The notes: generated by a model from the letters alone, not told the origin. 64,000 nucleotides of DNA from an uncultured Phycisphaeraceae bacterium (GCA_964590885.1 CAZPWW010000009.1:35764-99763), one strand, 5' to 3'; shown: positions 1-7,978, counted from the stretch's first letter. Made by a program: numbers and translations.

Positions 1-1307
1 TCGACACCGCCGTGAGCGTGCGCGGCCGCACGCTCGAGCCCTCGCTGCTGGCCCTGCTGCCGCCGCCCGTGGCCGGTGCGCTCGAAGCGGCCGAGATCGG
101 CATCGCGGGCGGCTTTGTGCTCGAAGGGGGCAGGCTGCGCGTGGCGGGCGCGATCGCCAAGGAGCGCGAGAGCGCGCGAGGGGAGCGCGGGGGGGAAGGA
201 GGGGAAGGGGGTAGCGGGGGTAGCGGCATCGGCGCGGTCGGCTTCACCGGCACGCTCGCCTTCAGCGGCGGCTCGGCCCAGACGGGCGTGCCGCTCTCGG
301 GGGCCACCGGCACGGTCGCGGTCGATGCCCGGCTCGACGACGCCGCGGAACGTGCCCGGGTGCGCCTCGACTTTGACGTGCCGGTGCTCGAGGCCGCGGG
401 CCTGCCGCTGGAATCGGCCCGGGCCACGATTCTCACGGGCACGCCCGAGCACGACGTGCTGGCCGACTCGATCACCGGGGCGTGCGAGGGGGGCCGCCTT
501 GAGGCCCGGGCCTTCATCGGCAGGGCCGATCCGGCCGCGAGTGATGCCGCGCCGCGCACCTACGAGGCCCGCGTGAATCTCGAGGGCGTGCTGGTGGCCG
601 ACCTCCTGGCCAGCGTCAAGCGGCGGGCGGCCCGCTTCGAGCAGCCCGACCTCGTGGGCCCGCTGCCGGAGGAATCTGTCGATGCCGCGCTGCGGGCCGC
701 ACGCAGCGAGGCGGGGGCCGAGTCGGCCGGCAACCTGGCGCGCGGGAGGCTGGATGCGGGCCTCGCGCTCACGGGCCTCTTGGGCATCCCCACGAGCAAG
801 GTGGGCTCGGGCAGGCTGCGCGTCGCTGGCGGCGGCGACGTGCTGGCCAGCCCGCTCCTGACGCAGATGGTGGAACTCTCGAACCTGCGCCTCCCGTTTG
901 GCGAGCCGATCGACTTCGGGCACGGGCGCTTCACGATTCTGGGCGACCGCGTCGCCTTCGAGCACCTCGCGCTCGTCTCCGAGGGGATCAGCCTGATCGG
1001 CACCGGCCACATGCTGCTACCCGACTTCGCGCTCGACCTCACGTTCAACTCGCGCGGCAAGGACCACGTGCCGATCTTGTCGGACATCTACAAGGCCGCG
1101 GCCAACGAACTGCTCACCACGCGCATCACCGGCACGCTCCGCGCCCCGGCCGTGGCCGCCGAGCCGCTGCTGGGCACCCGCCGCGCTCTGGGCGACCTGC
1201 TGGGCACAAGCCCGCCGCCCGCCAGCCGCGCCGCCCGGCCCGACGACGCGGCGATCGACAAACTGGTGCGCGAGGAACGCCGCCGGTGGCTGGAGGGGCG
1301 GAGGTGA
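1..1307 (+). CDS. hypothetical protein, 5'-partial (open to the window edge); tail weakly resembles AsmA/TamB-like C-termini
   Basis: ORF 12..1307 stays open in the same frame back to base 3. Codon third positions are GC-rich. The C-terminal ...LTTRITGTLRAPAV segment is reminiscent of AsmA-like tails, but the product call is weak. Confidence 0.5.
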   Translation, partial: DTAVSVRGRTLEPSLLALLPPPVAGALEAAEIGIAGGFVLEGGRLRVAGAIAKERESARGERGGEGGEGGSGGSGIGAVGFTGTLAFSGGSAQTGVPLSGATGTVAVDARLDDAAERARVRLDFDVPVLEAAGLPLESARATILTGTPEHDVLADSITGACEGGRLEARAFIGRADPAASDAAPRTYEARVNLEGVLVADLLASVKRRAARFEQPDLVGPLPEESVDAALRAARSEAGAESAGNLARGRLDAGLALTGLLGIPTSKVGSGRLRVAGGGDVLASPLLTQMVELSNLRLPFGEPIDFGHGRFTILGDRVAFEHLALVSEGISLIGTGHMLLPDFALDLTFNSRGKDHVPILSDIYKAAANELLTTRITGTLRAPAVAAEPLLGTRRALGDLLGTSPPPASRAARPDDAAIDKLVREERRRWLEGRR

Positions 1308-1309
1308 GG

Positions 1310-1435
1310 GGGAAGGGCGCAGGGCTGAGGCAAGAAGGGAGCCCAGGGCTCAGGGCTCAGGGCCGAGGGCCGAGGGAAGAGGGAAGAGGGGATCAAGGGA
1401 GCGAGGGATCAACGGATCAGGGCCGAGGCCCGACA
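1310..1435. repeat. G-rich heptanucleotide-periodic degenerate tandem array (CAGGGCT/GAGGGCC/GAGGGAA words)
   Basis: Direct reading: cagggct cagggct cagggcc gagggcc gagggaa gagggaa gagggga ... There are at least 9 GGG tracts separated by 4-5 nt. The array lies between convergent genes. Confidence 0.85.
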
Positions 1436-1443
1436 GTTCTTTG

Positions 1444-1501
1444 CCGTGGGTGTCAACCCACGGGTGCGGCTTGAGGCGCGGGTCAAGCCCCCGAAGGGGG
1501 C
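1444..1501. terminator. two GC hairpins between convergent genes (CCGTGGG-n6-CCCACGG and GCCCCC-gaa-GGGGGC)
   Basis: Inverted repeats read directly. There are no U-tracts, so terminator function is inferred only from their position between the stops at 1307 (+) and 1523 (-). Confidence 0.35.
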
Positions 1502-1522
1502 GGCACCGTGCCGTCCGAGGGG

Positions 1523-2002
1523 CTACCCCAGCGCCCGCAGCCAATAAACGACCGCTATGACGCCAAGCCAGACGGGCGGCTCGTACTTGCGCATACCGCG
1601 GCCGAGGACCACGTCACGCGTGCTGCGCGCGCGCCACGGCGCGTTGTTCTGGTCCACTGCTTCCGAGAGAGCCGCACGGCTCGCGGGGCCGAGGAGGGTC
1701 TGATCGAGCACCGATAGGGATGAGCGGATCACCCTAAAGCGGACCCCGGCGTATCGCTCCTCGATCATCCACAGAAGCGCGAACACGGCCACCGGCAGCA
1801 GCGCAGCCAAGGCCGTCGTGTGCGTCCCGCGCCATATCGCCGCGCACACGGCAGCACCGACGCAGAGGGTCCGGCCGAGCACTCGCCATACTAAGACAGA
1901 TTGCCACACCAAGCGGAAGTCGGCAACAAGCAGGTGACCCGTCTGGCTCTGTGCCATCGTGGGCGGCGCGTGCGGCTCGGGCTTTCGCTCAGGCGACTCC
2001 AT
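1523..2002 (-). CDS. small predicted 3-TM membrane protein, immediately downstream of the GTPase gene
   Basis: ORF 1523..2053. Candidate ATGs are at 2002 (14-nt overlap with the GTPase stop) and 1957. Hydrophobic segments are LCVGAAVCAAIW, ALAALLPVAVFALLWMI and VWLGVIAVVYWL. I recognise no family. Confidence 0.55.
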   Translation of the reverse strand: MESPERKPEPHAPPTMAQSQTGHLLVADFRLVWQSVLVWRVLGRTLCVGAAVCAAIWRGTHTTALAALLPVAVFALLWMIEERYAGVRFRVIRSSLSVLDQTLLGPASRAALSEAVDQNNAPWRARSTRDVVLGRGMRKYEPPVWLGVIAVVYWLRALG

Positions 2003-2681
2003 TGACCTTGGCCCGTTTGCACGCCTTGTGGGCGAGAGTGTGGAGGAAGTCATTGAACATCCCCGGGGCTTTTTCGTGCCGGACCATGATCGTGGGCTTT
2101 ATCGTGACGTCGTCCGGCTTGAAGCCGAACTTACCAACAAGTCCGGCCTTGAGTGCACGCCGCAACCGGTTGTGGAAATCTTCCGGAGCCGTGCACAGGT
2201 CGTGCTTGTTTGCCAAGCAAATGACCGTATGCGGTCTGTCGAGGGGCTCCATGTTGTCGGCAAGATTGCACAAGGCCTTGCAGAAATCGCTCAGCCAGTC
2301 CGCCGATTCGGCCGGCTTGCTGCCGTCGGTCATAGCCACGACGATGTCGGGTGCATCGCAGAGTGCGGCGCCCGCCTGCCGTCCGACGCGATTGGTACCG
2401 GGCAGGGCTGTCGCGCGGCGAAACGTCAGGACGTGCTTTGTGCCGTCGACCTCAACGCGGAGGCGCTTGTACGTTTCGGACCCTTGGCTTACGGCCGTGG
2501 TTTCGTGGTCAGGGAAATGTCCGGACGCGAGCACGTCGATGAACGTGCTCTTCCCGGCCCCGGACGGGCCAACGACTAGCAGACGCTGGCCCCAAACTTC
2601 CGCTTGGACCCATCGCAGTGGCTGCGGACCGATCAATTTTGCGACTTGAACCGTAAACCCGACGACCGTGCTTGTGTCCAT
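1989..2681 (-). CDS. small P-loop GTPase-like protein (Era/Ras-like TRAFAC class)
   Basis: Walker A/G1 is GPSGAGKS (aa 38-45). A G3-like ALPG is at aa 92-95, with A in place of the usual D. G4 is NKHD (aa 158-161) in the context ICLANKHDL. GGAGG lies 7 nt upstream of the ATG at 2681. Confidence 0.7.
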   Translation of the reverse strand: MDTSTVVGFTVQVAKLIGPQPLRWVQAEVWGQRLLVVGPSGAGKSTFIDVLASGHFPDHETTAVSQGSETYKRLRVEVDGTKHVLTFRRATALPGTNRVGRQAGAALCDAPDIVVAMTDGSKPAESADWLSDFCKALCNLADNMEPLDRPHTVICLANKHDLCTAPEDFHNRLRRALKAGLVGKFGFKPDDVTIKPTIMVRHEKAPGMFNDFLHTLAHKACKRAKVNGVA

Positions 2682-2888
2682 GCAGTGGCCTCCACGAGGT
2701 CCGCCCCCAGTGCAGAACGCGTAGAGGCTGGTCCAGTATACCCGCTTGCCAAGGCCTTCCGTAGCGAGTGGATTCTGTGCCGAGTTGGACCGGCGTGCAG
2801 GTCGTGTTGGGATCCGTGGGCACGCGCTAGCGGCACGCTCGCTGAGGCACGGCGGGGCCGTCGATGCAGCCCGCCCTCCCTCACCCCG

Positions 2889-3545
2889 TCACTCCAGAAA
2901 CGAGATGCGGTCCACGATGAGGCTGCCCGCGTTCTCCAGGTCTAGCATGTACTTTGGTGGACGGGGCTTCCCGTTCGAGTTACGTCCCTGCTTCATTTCT
3001 CCGAGCGTGGCCGCCGACAGCTTGTCCAGTCGTAGGAAAAGGATTTCCCGAAGGAGCGCGTGCGTCTTGCGGTACCGCGACACGGCGGTGCGCGATCGCC
3101 GGTCCTTCTCGTAGGCCGAGAGGCCGCCCTTGAGTTTGCTGTGCCACTTCTGAAACGTGCGGTCGCAGTCGTTGTACTCAACGTCGCAGAGCCCGATCAG
3201 CACGCCGTGGTAGCCGTACGCCGCGATGCTGGCATCGGTGGCCGCACGGTCATTCAGGATGCACGTGTGGGCATCGGACTTGATGGCCTTGGCCTTCATG
3301 TCCCAGTTGACCGCGCCCTTGAGATCGAACGACACCGAGCCGAACCGATCCCCTGGGATCTGGAACGCGTTGCCTAGCCGAGAGCGGCAAAGGAACTCGA
3401 AGTAGAAAGCCCACCATTCCATCTGCCGCCAGTTGTAGTTCGCCTCCTTGAGCTCCAGCACGCACTTCTTGCCCTCCCAATCCCGTGGCATCGCTTCGAG
3501 GTACGCCTTGGCGCTGGCGATGTCTTTAGAAAAGGCGGGTGTCAT
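2889..3545 (-). CDS. putative Type II restriction endonuclease (PD-(D/E)xK-like)
   Basis: The internal ATG at 3545 overlaps the methyltransferase stop by 20 nt. The FDLKG...WDMKAK pattern is compatible with D...(D/E)xK. The call rests mainly on this position directly 3' of the MTase. Confidence 0.55.
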   Translation of the reverse strand: MTPAFSKDIASAKAYLEAMPRDWEGKKCVLELKEANYNWRQMEWWAFYFEFLCRSRLGNAFQIPGDRFGSVSFDLKGAVNWDMKAKAIKSDAHTCILNDRAATDASIAAYGYHGVLIGLCDVEYNDCDRTFQKWHSKLKGGLSAYEKDRRSRTAVSRYRKTHALLREILFLRLDKLSAATLGEMKQGRNSNGKPRPPKYMLDLENAGSLIVDRISFLE

Positions 3546-4371
3546 TCTGTACCTCCTGCCGCAGGCGGCGCAGCGCGATGGTGTGGTAGGCCTCGTTGAT
3601 CTCGATGCCGAGATAGCGCCGCTTCGCTCTCGCCGCCATGACGCACGTGGTCCCGCTCCCGCACATGGGGTCGAGCACAAGGTCGCCGGGCTTGGAGAAG
3701 CACTGGATGAGATCATCCGCCAGGCGGTCCGGATAGGTGGCGGGGTGCTCAAGCTTGGTGCGATTGCCCTCCGTGTTGCTGGTGGCGTATTCCCACAGTG
3801 TGCCCCGGCACTTCATGTCGTTCACCGCCTTCGGCTCGATCCTTTTGAAACCGCCGTTCGTGAGCCGATCCGTTCCCGAATACACCCTGCCGGCGTGCTT
3901 GGACGGGATCATGAGCATGGTCTTGTCGAAGTGGCGCGGCCGCGGCCCACGGAAGAAGATCAGGATGTACTCGTGATCCACACGGAACCGCTGGCTCCAC
4001 CACGCTCCGGGGTTCCCGTGGCGCTGGTAGATGCAACACTCAAAAAGCCGCCATCCGGCGCGGTCAACCCAGTCCACCGCCCACCTGAACGTCGTCAGCG
4101 ACTTGGCGAAGTCCTTTGTGCCGTCCCCGATGACCACGGCGCACACACCGCCCTCGGCCGTGGCCTGGTAGAGCAGATCGCCCAGCGCGCGGTAGTCCAG
4201 TGCCCAGTTCTTCCCGTAGTCGCGGATGCCGTCGTACGGCGGGCTGAAGACCGTCAGGGCCACCGAGCCCGCCGGGACGTCGGCCAAGACATCCAGCGCG
4301 TCGCCCAAGTGGATCGTGTCGCCTTGGTTCTGAGACGCCTTGGGGCGACGTTGTACGTGCACTCTGGTCAT
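3526..4371 (-). CDS. beta-class DNA methyltransferase (SPPY motif IV before motif I; N4-cytosine or N6-adenine)
   Basis: Motif IV is TVFSPPYDG, followed by C-terminal motif I LDPMCGSGTT. Start chosen at ATG 4371 (MTRVHVQRR...). The ORF is open upstream to a TTG at 4656, running through the 21-bp repeat. Confidence 0.85.
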   Translation of the reverse strand: MTRVHVQRRPKASQNQGDTIHLGDALDVLADVPAGSVALTVFSPPYDGIRDYGKNWALDYRALGDLLYQATAEGGVCAVVIGDGTKDFAKSLTTFRWAVDWVDRAGWRLFECCIYQRHGNPGAWWSQRFRVDHEYILIFFRGPRPRHFDKTMLMIPSKHAGRVYSGTDRLTNGGFKRIEPKAVNDMKCRGTLWEYATSNTEGNRTKLEHPATYPDRLADDLIQCFSKPGDLVLDPMCGSGTTCVMAARAKRRYLGIEINEAYHTIALRRLRQEVQNDTRLF

Positions 4372-4477
4372 ACGCCGCCAGTCTATCCGGCATCCGTTCG
4401 GCGTGCCCGGCCTTCCCCCTCTGCGTCCCTCCGCGCCCTCTGCGCTGCTCTGCGTACAGCCCGGCTTCGCGGCGGAT

Positions 4478-4645
4478 GGACCGGAGAAAGTCCCGCGTGC
4501 GCTGGAGAAACCCCGGCCCGCGCTGGAGAAACTCTCGTTCGCGCTGGAGAAACTCTCGTTCGCGCTGGAGAAACTCTCGTTCGCGCTGGAGAAACTCTCG
4601 TTTGCGCTGGAGAAACTCTCCGCCGCGCTGGAGAAAATCTCGCGC
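4478..4645. repeat. 21-bp tandem repeat, about 8 copies (consensus GCGCTGGAGAAACTCTCGTTC)
   Basis: Three perfect copies (4520-4540, 4541-4561, 4562-4582) plus a one-mismatch copy at 4583-4603. More degenerate copies flank them at 4478-4519 and 4604-4645. The array lies in the 381-bp gap between the MTase start (4371, -) and the ATG at 4753 (+). Confidence 0.9.
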
Positions 4646-4752
4646 GCAGGGGGCAAGGCCGCTCAAGTACCCCCCGCAGCGGTTCGAGAACATGGACGCA
4701 CGCCTGTTGCGTGCCCGTTTCGCTCGTCTCTCTCACAGAAAGGAGCCTTGTC

Positions 4753-5454
4753 ATGGCCACGAGCACGTTTCCGACCACGCCCCGGGCCGCGTTCCTCACC
4801 TGGGGCCTCGCCCACGCCATCGTTTTCGACAACGAGGAGGGGAACATCGGCCTTACGGCCGGGCAGGTCACCGCGTTCACCAACGCCATCAACGCCGCCA
4901 ACGCCGCCAACCAGGCTCAGGAGAACGCGCGGCTCGCCTACCGCTCCGCCGTGAGCGCGGCCACCGAGGCGTTCAACGCGGCCCGCCGCTCGGCCAGCCT
5001 CACCACCAAGGTGATCCGCACATTCGCCGACACAAGCAACAACCCCAACGTCTACACGCTGGCCCAGATCCCGCCGCCCGCCGTGCCCGGCACCGCGCCG
5101 CCGCCCGCCAAGCCCAGCGACCTGAGCGTGGAACTCAACACTGCGTCGGGCGCTCTCACGCTGCGCTGGAAGGCGAGTAACCCCGTCGGCACCACCGGCA
5201 CCAGTTACCTCATCAAACGCAAACTCCCCGGGCAGGCCGAGTTCGTCTACGCCGGCATCTCGGGCGAGAAGAAGTTTGTTGACAACAACTTCATCGCCGG
5301 GCCGGACTCCGTGCAGTACACGGTGCAGGGCCACCGCTCCGACGCCGTGGGCCCCGAGTCCGACGCCTTCACCATCAACTTCGGCAAGACCGCCAGCGGC
5401 CAGGTGGTCGCCACCGTGGCGGGCGAAGAGCAGCAGATGAAGCTGGCCGCGTAG
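4753..5454 (+). CDS. hypothetical protein with C-terminal fibronectin type III-like domain
   Basis: AGGAG lies 8 nt upstream of the ATG at 4753. The C-terminal LSVELNTASGALTLRWKASNP...SYLIKRK...VQYTVQG pattern is typical of Fn3. The 668-aa ORF upstream of 4753 is antisense to the R-M genes. Confidence 0.7.
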   Translation: MATSTFPTTPRAAFLTWGLAHAIVFDNEEGNIGLTAGQVTAFTNAINAANAANQAQENARLAYRSAVSAATEAFNAARRSASLTTKVIRTFADTSNNPNVYTLAQIPPPAVPGTAPPPAKPSDLSVELNTASGALTLRWKASNPVGTTGTSYLIKRKLPGQAEFVYAGISGEKKFVDNNFIAGPDSVQYTVQGHRSDAVGPESDAFTINFGKTASGQVVATVAGEEQQMKLAA

Positions 5455-5470
5455 CCGCGGGGCGGCAAAG

Positions 5471-5735
5471 GGCCAAATGGCCAAATGGCCAAATGAAAAA
5501 CATGAGCCAACCCCAGGGGGGCCGCAAGGCTCCCCTTTTTCGTTGGTGGCAAGGGGAGCACCACAAAGGCACAAAGGGCACAAAGGAAGACCGGTGCAGA
5601 GTGCACGCGGGCACAGCGCCGGATGCCGGGTGCCGAATGCCGACTCACCGCGAAGGCCGCGATGAGTACGAAGGACTCAGGACCAAGGACCCAGGACTCA
5701 GGACCACTTCGCCACTTCGCCACTCTGCCACTTCC
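5471..5735. repeat. series of short tandem word blocks: (GGCCAAAT)x3, (GCACAAAG)x3, (TGCCGNN)x4, (AGGACNN)x5, (CACTTCGC)x4
   Basis: Read directly at about 5471-5494, 5561-5587, 5618-5645, 5672-5706 and 5704-5735. All lie in the 310-bp gap before the LOG-family gene. Confidence 0.85.
5515..5540 (+). terminator. Rho-independent terminator
   Basis: GGGGGGCC-gcaa-GGCTCCCC hairpin (one G-U pair) followed by TTTTT, 60 nt after the stop at 5454. Confidence 0.7.
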
Positions 5736-5764
5736 CCTCCGCCCCCCCACTACCATGCCCGCGT

Positions 5765-6871
5765 ATGCCGACAAACCGCCAGGAACTCGATCCGCCCACC
5801 AGCCCCGAGCCCATCGCACCCGCCGCCGCGGCGCGGCCCGACCGCAGGCCGGAAGACCCCGCCGTGGCCGCCGCGATCGACGCCCTGATCGAGAAGCACG
5901 GCGGCAAGGCGGGCACGTTCGAGTCCAAGCTCGTGCACGACCTGGTGGCGACGAGTCTGAAACTCATCCCCGACGGGCGGCACACGGGCGAACTGAAGCT
6001 CATCACCGCCGCGGTGAAGGAGCTCCGCTACGCCTACAACATCTTCGCCAAGTACCCCGAGCCGCACAAGGTGTCGATCTTCGGCTCGGCCCGCACGCCC
6101 GCCGACCACCCCGATTACGTCGCGACCGTCGCCTTCAGCAAGCTGATGGCCGAGGCGGGGTGGATGATCATCACCGGGGCGGGCGGGGGCATCATGGAGG
6201 CGGGGCACGTGGGGCCGGGCAAGGACGCGAGTTTCGGCGTGGCGATCCGCCTGCCCTTCGAGACCACGGCCAACGAGGTGATCGCGGGCGACCAGAAACT
6301 GATCCACTTCCGCTACTTCTTCACGCGCAAACTCATGTTCATCAGCCAGTCGGAGGCGGTGGCGCTGATCCCCGGCGGCTTCGGCACGATGGACGAGGCG
6401 TTTGAGGCCCTGACGCTGATCCAGACCGGCAAGGCGGCCATGCTGCCGGTGGTGCTGCTGGAGGGCGAGGGCGGGAGTTACTGGAAAGAGTGGGACGTCT
6501 TCATGCGGCGGCAGTTGCTTGAGAACAAACTCATCAGCCCCGACGACACCGGCCTGTACAAACTGTGCGCCACGCCCGCCGAGGCGGCCCGGCACGTGGT
6601 GGAGTTCTACCGCAACTACCAGTCGAGCCGCTACGTGAAGGACGACCTGGTGATCCGCGTGCAGCGGCGGCTCTCCGACAAGGCCATGGACACGCTCAAC
6701 ACCGAGTTTGCGCGGCTCGTCAAGAGCGGCAAGATGGTGCAGCGCGGGCCGCTGGAGATCGAGGACGACCACCTGCACCTGCCGCGGATTGTCTTCACGC
6801 ACACGCGGCGCGACTTCGGCACGGTGCGGAAACTCATCGACCGGATCAACGAGCTCGACGCGGCGGGGTGA
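5765..6871 (+). CDS. LOG family (TIGR00730-type) nucleotide 5'-monophosphate nucleosidase-like protein
   Basis: Motifs ...VSIFGSAR..., ITGAGGGIMEA and PGGFGTMDE (PGGxGTxxE) are characteristic of LOG/PpnN-like proteins. Confidence 0.8.
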   Translation: MPTNRQELDPPTSPEPIAPAAAARPDRRPEDPAVAAAIDALIEKHGGKAGTFESKLVHDLVATSLKLIPDGRHTGELKLITAAVKELRYAYNIFAKYPEPHKVSIFGSARTPADHPDYVATVAFSKLMAEAGWMIITGAGGGIMEAGHVGPGKDASFGVAIRLPFETTANEVIAGDQKLIHFRYFFTRKLMFISQSEAVALIPGGFGTMDEAFEALTLIQTGKAAMLPVVLLEGEGGSYWKEWDVFMRRQLLENKLISPDDTGLYKLCATPAEAARHVVEFYRNYQSSRYVKDDLVIRVQRRLSDKAMDTLNTEFARLVKSGKMVQRGPLEIEDDHLHLPRIVFTHTRRDFGTVRKLIDRINELDAAG

Positions 6872-6895
6872 GACGCAGAAGGCGGAGCCGCGGGC

Positions 6896-7966
6896 ATGAG
6901 CACGACCCAGACACAGGGGCAGGCACACACACAGGCCGGGCCACCTCCCTTGTCGCGTGCGGGGGGCGTGCTGCTGATCCTGGGCACGCTGCTGAGTTGG
7001 TCGAGCATCCCGCTGTTCCTGAAGTTCTTCGCGCGGCCCGACGCGGGCACGGGTGCGGCCCTGATCGACGCGTGGACGGCCAACGGGTGGCGCTACGGAC
7101 TCTCGGCCCTGTTCTGGCTGCCGCTGCTGGGCGTGGCCTGGGCGAAGGGCCGGCTGCCCAGGGCCATCTTCGCGGCCGCGCTGGTGCCCACGATCTTCAA
7201 CGTGATCGGGCAGACGTGCTTTGCGTGGTGCCCGTACTTTCTCGACCCCGGCTTCTTCACGTTTGTCTTCCGCGTGCAGATCGTGTTCGTGGCCTTCGGG
7301 GCGTATCTGATGTTTCCCGGCGAGCGGGCGGCCCTGCGCAGCGGAACCTTCTGGCTGGGGGCTTTGCTCGTGGCGGGCGGGAGCGCGGGGCTGGTCTGGT
7401 TCGGGCGGGGTGTAGGGACGGGCCACTCGTGGTGGGCGATCGCGCTGGCGGTGGCGAGCGGCGGGCTCTTCGCGGGCTACGGGCTGGCGGTGCGGCGCTT
7501 CATGCACCAGTACCCGGCGGTGCTGGCGTTCGGCATCATCTGCCAGTACACGGCCGCGTGCGTGGTGGTGATGATGCTGGCGCTGGGGCGTGAGCGCGGT
7601 GCGGATGTCTTCCGGTTCGACGGATTTCAGTGGACGATGCTGGTGGCGAGCGCCATGATCGGCATCGCGCTGTCGCACGTGGCCTACTACGCGGCCATCC
7701 AGCGGCTGGGCGTGAGCGTGAGCATGGGGATCATCCAACTCCAGCCGGTGCTGACCGCCGCGGCGAGCGTGCTGCTGGGGTGGGAGACGCTGGCACCGCT
7801 CCAGTGGCTGTGCGGGGCCGTCGGCGTGGGGGGGGCGATTCTGGTGCTGCGGGCCGGGAGTCGCAAGAGTCCCCCCTCCACACCATCCGCAACCGCCGCG
7901 GTGCATGCCCCCACCCTCACCGACGAGAAGGCCGACGACCTGGCGGCGGAGCCGACGGCGAGTTGA
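6896..7966 (+). CDS. EamA/DMT superfamily transporter
   Basis: About 10 hydrophobic segments and a duplicated EamA-like organisation. High GC3. Confidence 0.7.
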   Translation: MSTTQTQGQAHTQAGPPPLSRAGGVLLILGTLLSWSSIPLFLKFFARPDAGTGAALIDAWTANGWRYGLSALFWLPLLGVAWAKGRLPRAIFAAALVPTIFNVIGQTCFAWCPYFLDPGFFTFVFRVQIVFVAFGAYLMFPGERAALRSGTFWLGALLVAGGSAGLVWFGRGVGTGHSWWAIALAVASGGLFAGYGLAVRRFMHQYPAVLAFGIICQYTAACVVVMMLALGRERGADVFRFDGFQWTMLVASAMIGIALSHVAYYAAIQRLGVSVSMGIIQLQPVLTAAASVLLGWETLAPLQWLCGAVGVGGAILVLRAGSRKSPPSTPSATAAVHAPTLTDEKADDLAAEPTAS

Positions 7967-7978
7967 TTCTCGCGGTGC

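Noticed and set aside
4478-4645. CRISPR array interpretation of the 21-bp repeats
   Set aside because: The copies are directly abutting with no spacers, and no cas genes are present. This is a plain tandem repeat.
4340-4954. Plus-strand ORF reading the repeat as a leucine-zipper-like heptad (ALEKLSF)n
   Set aside because: GC3 in the repeat is high (6/7). However, the ORF overlaps the MTase start at one end and about 200 nt of the Fn3 gene in another frame at the other. The rest of its translation is Pro/Arg/Ser-rich junk.
3448-5454. 668-aa plus-strand ORF spanning the R-M genes and the 21-bp repeat
   Set aside because: Upstream of the ATG at 4753 it is antisense to the well-supported MTase and REase genes. 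In this frame the repeat has AT-ending codons (gct gga gaa act ctc gtt cgc). A good AGGAG precedes 4753.
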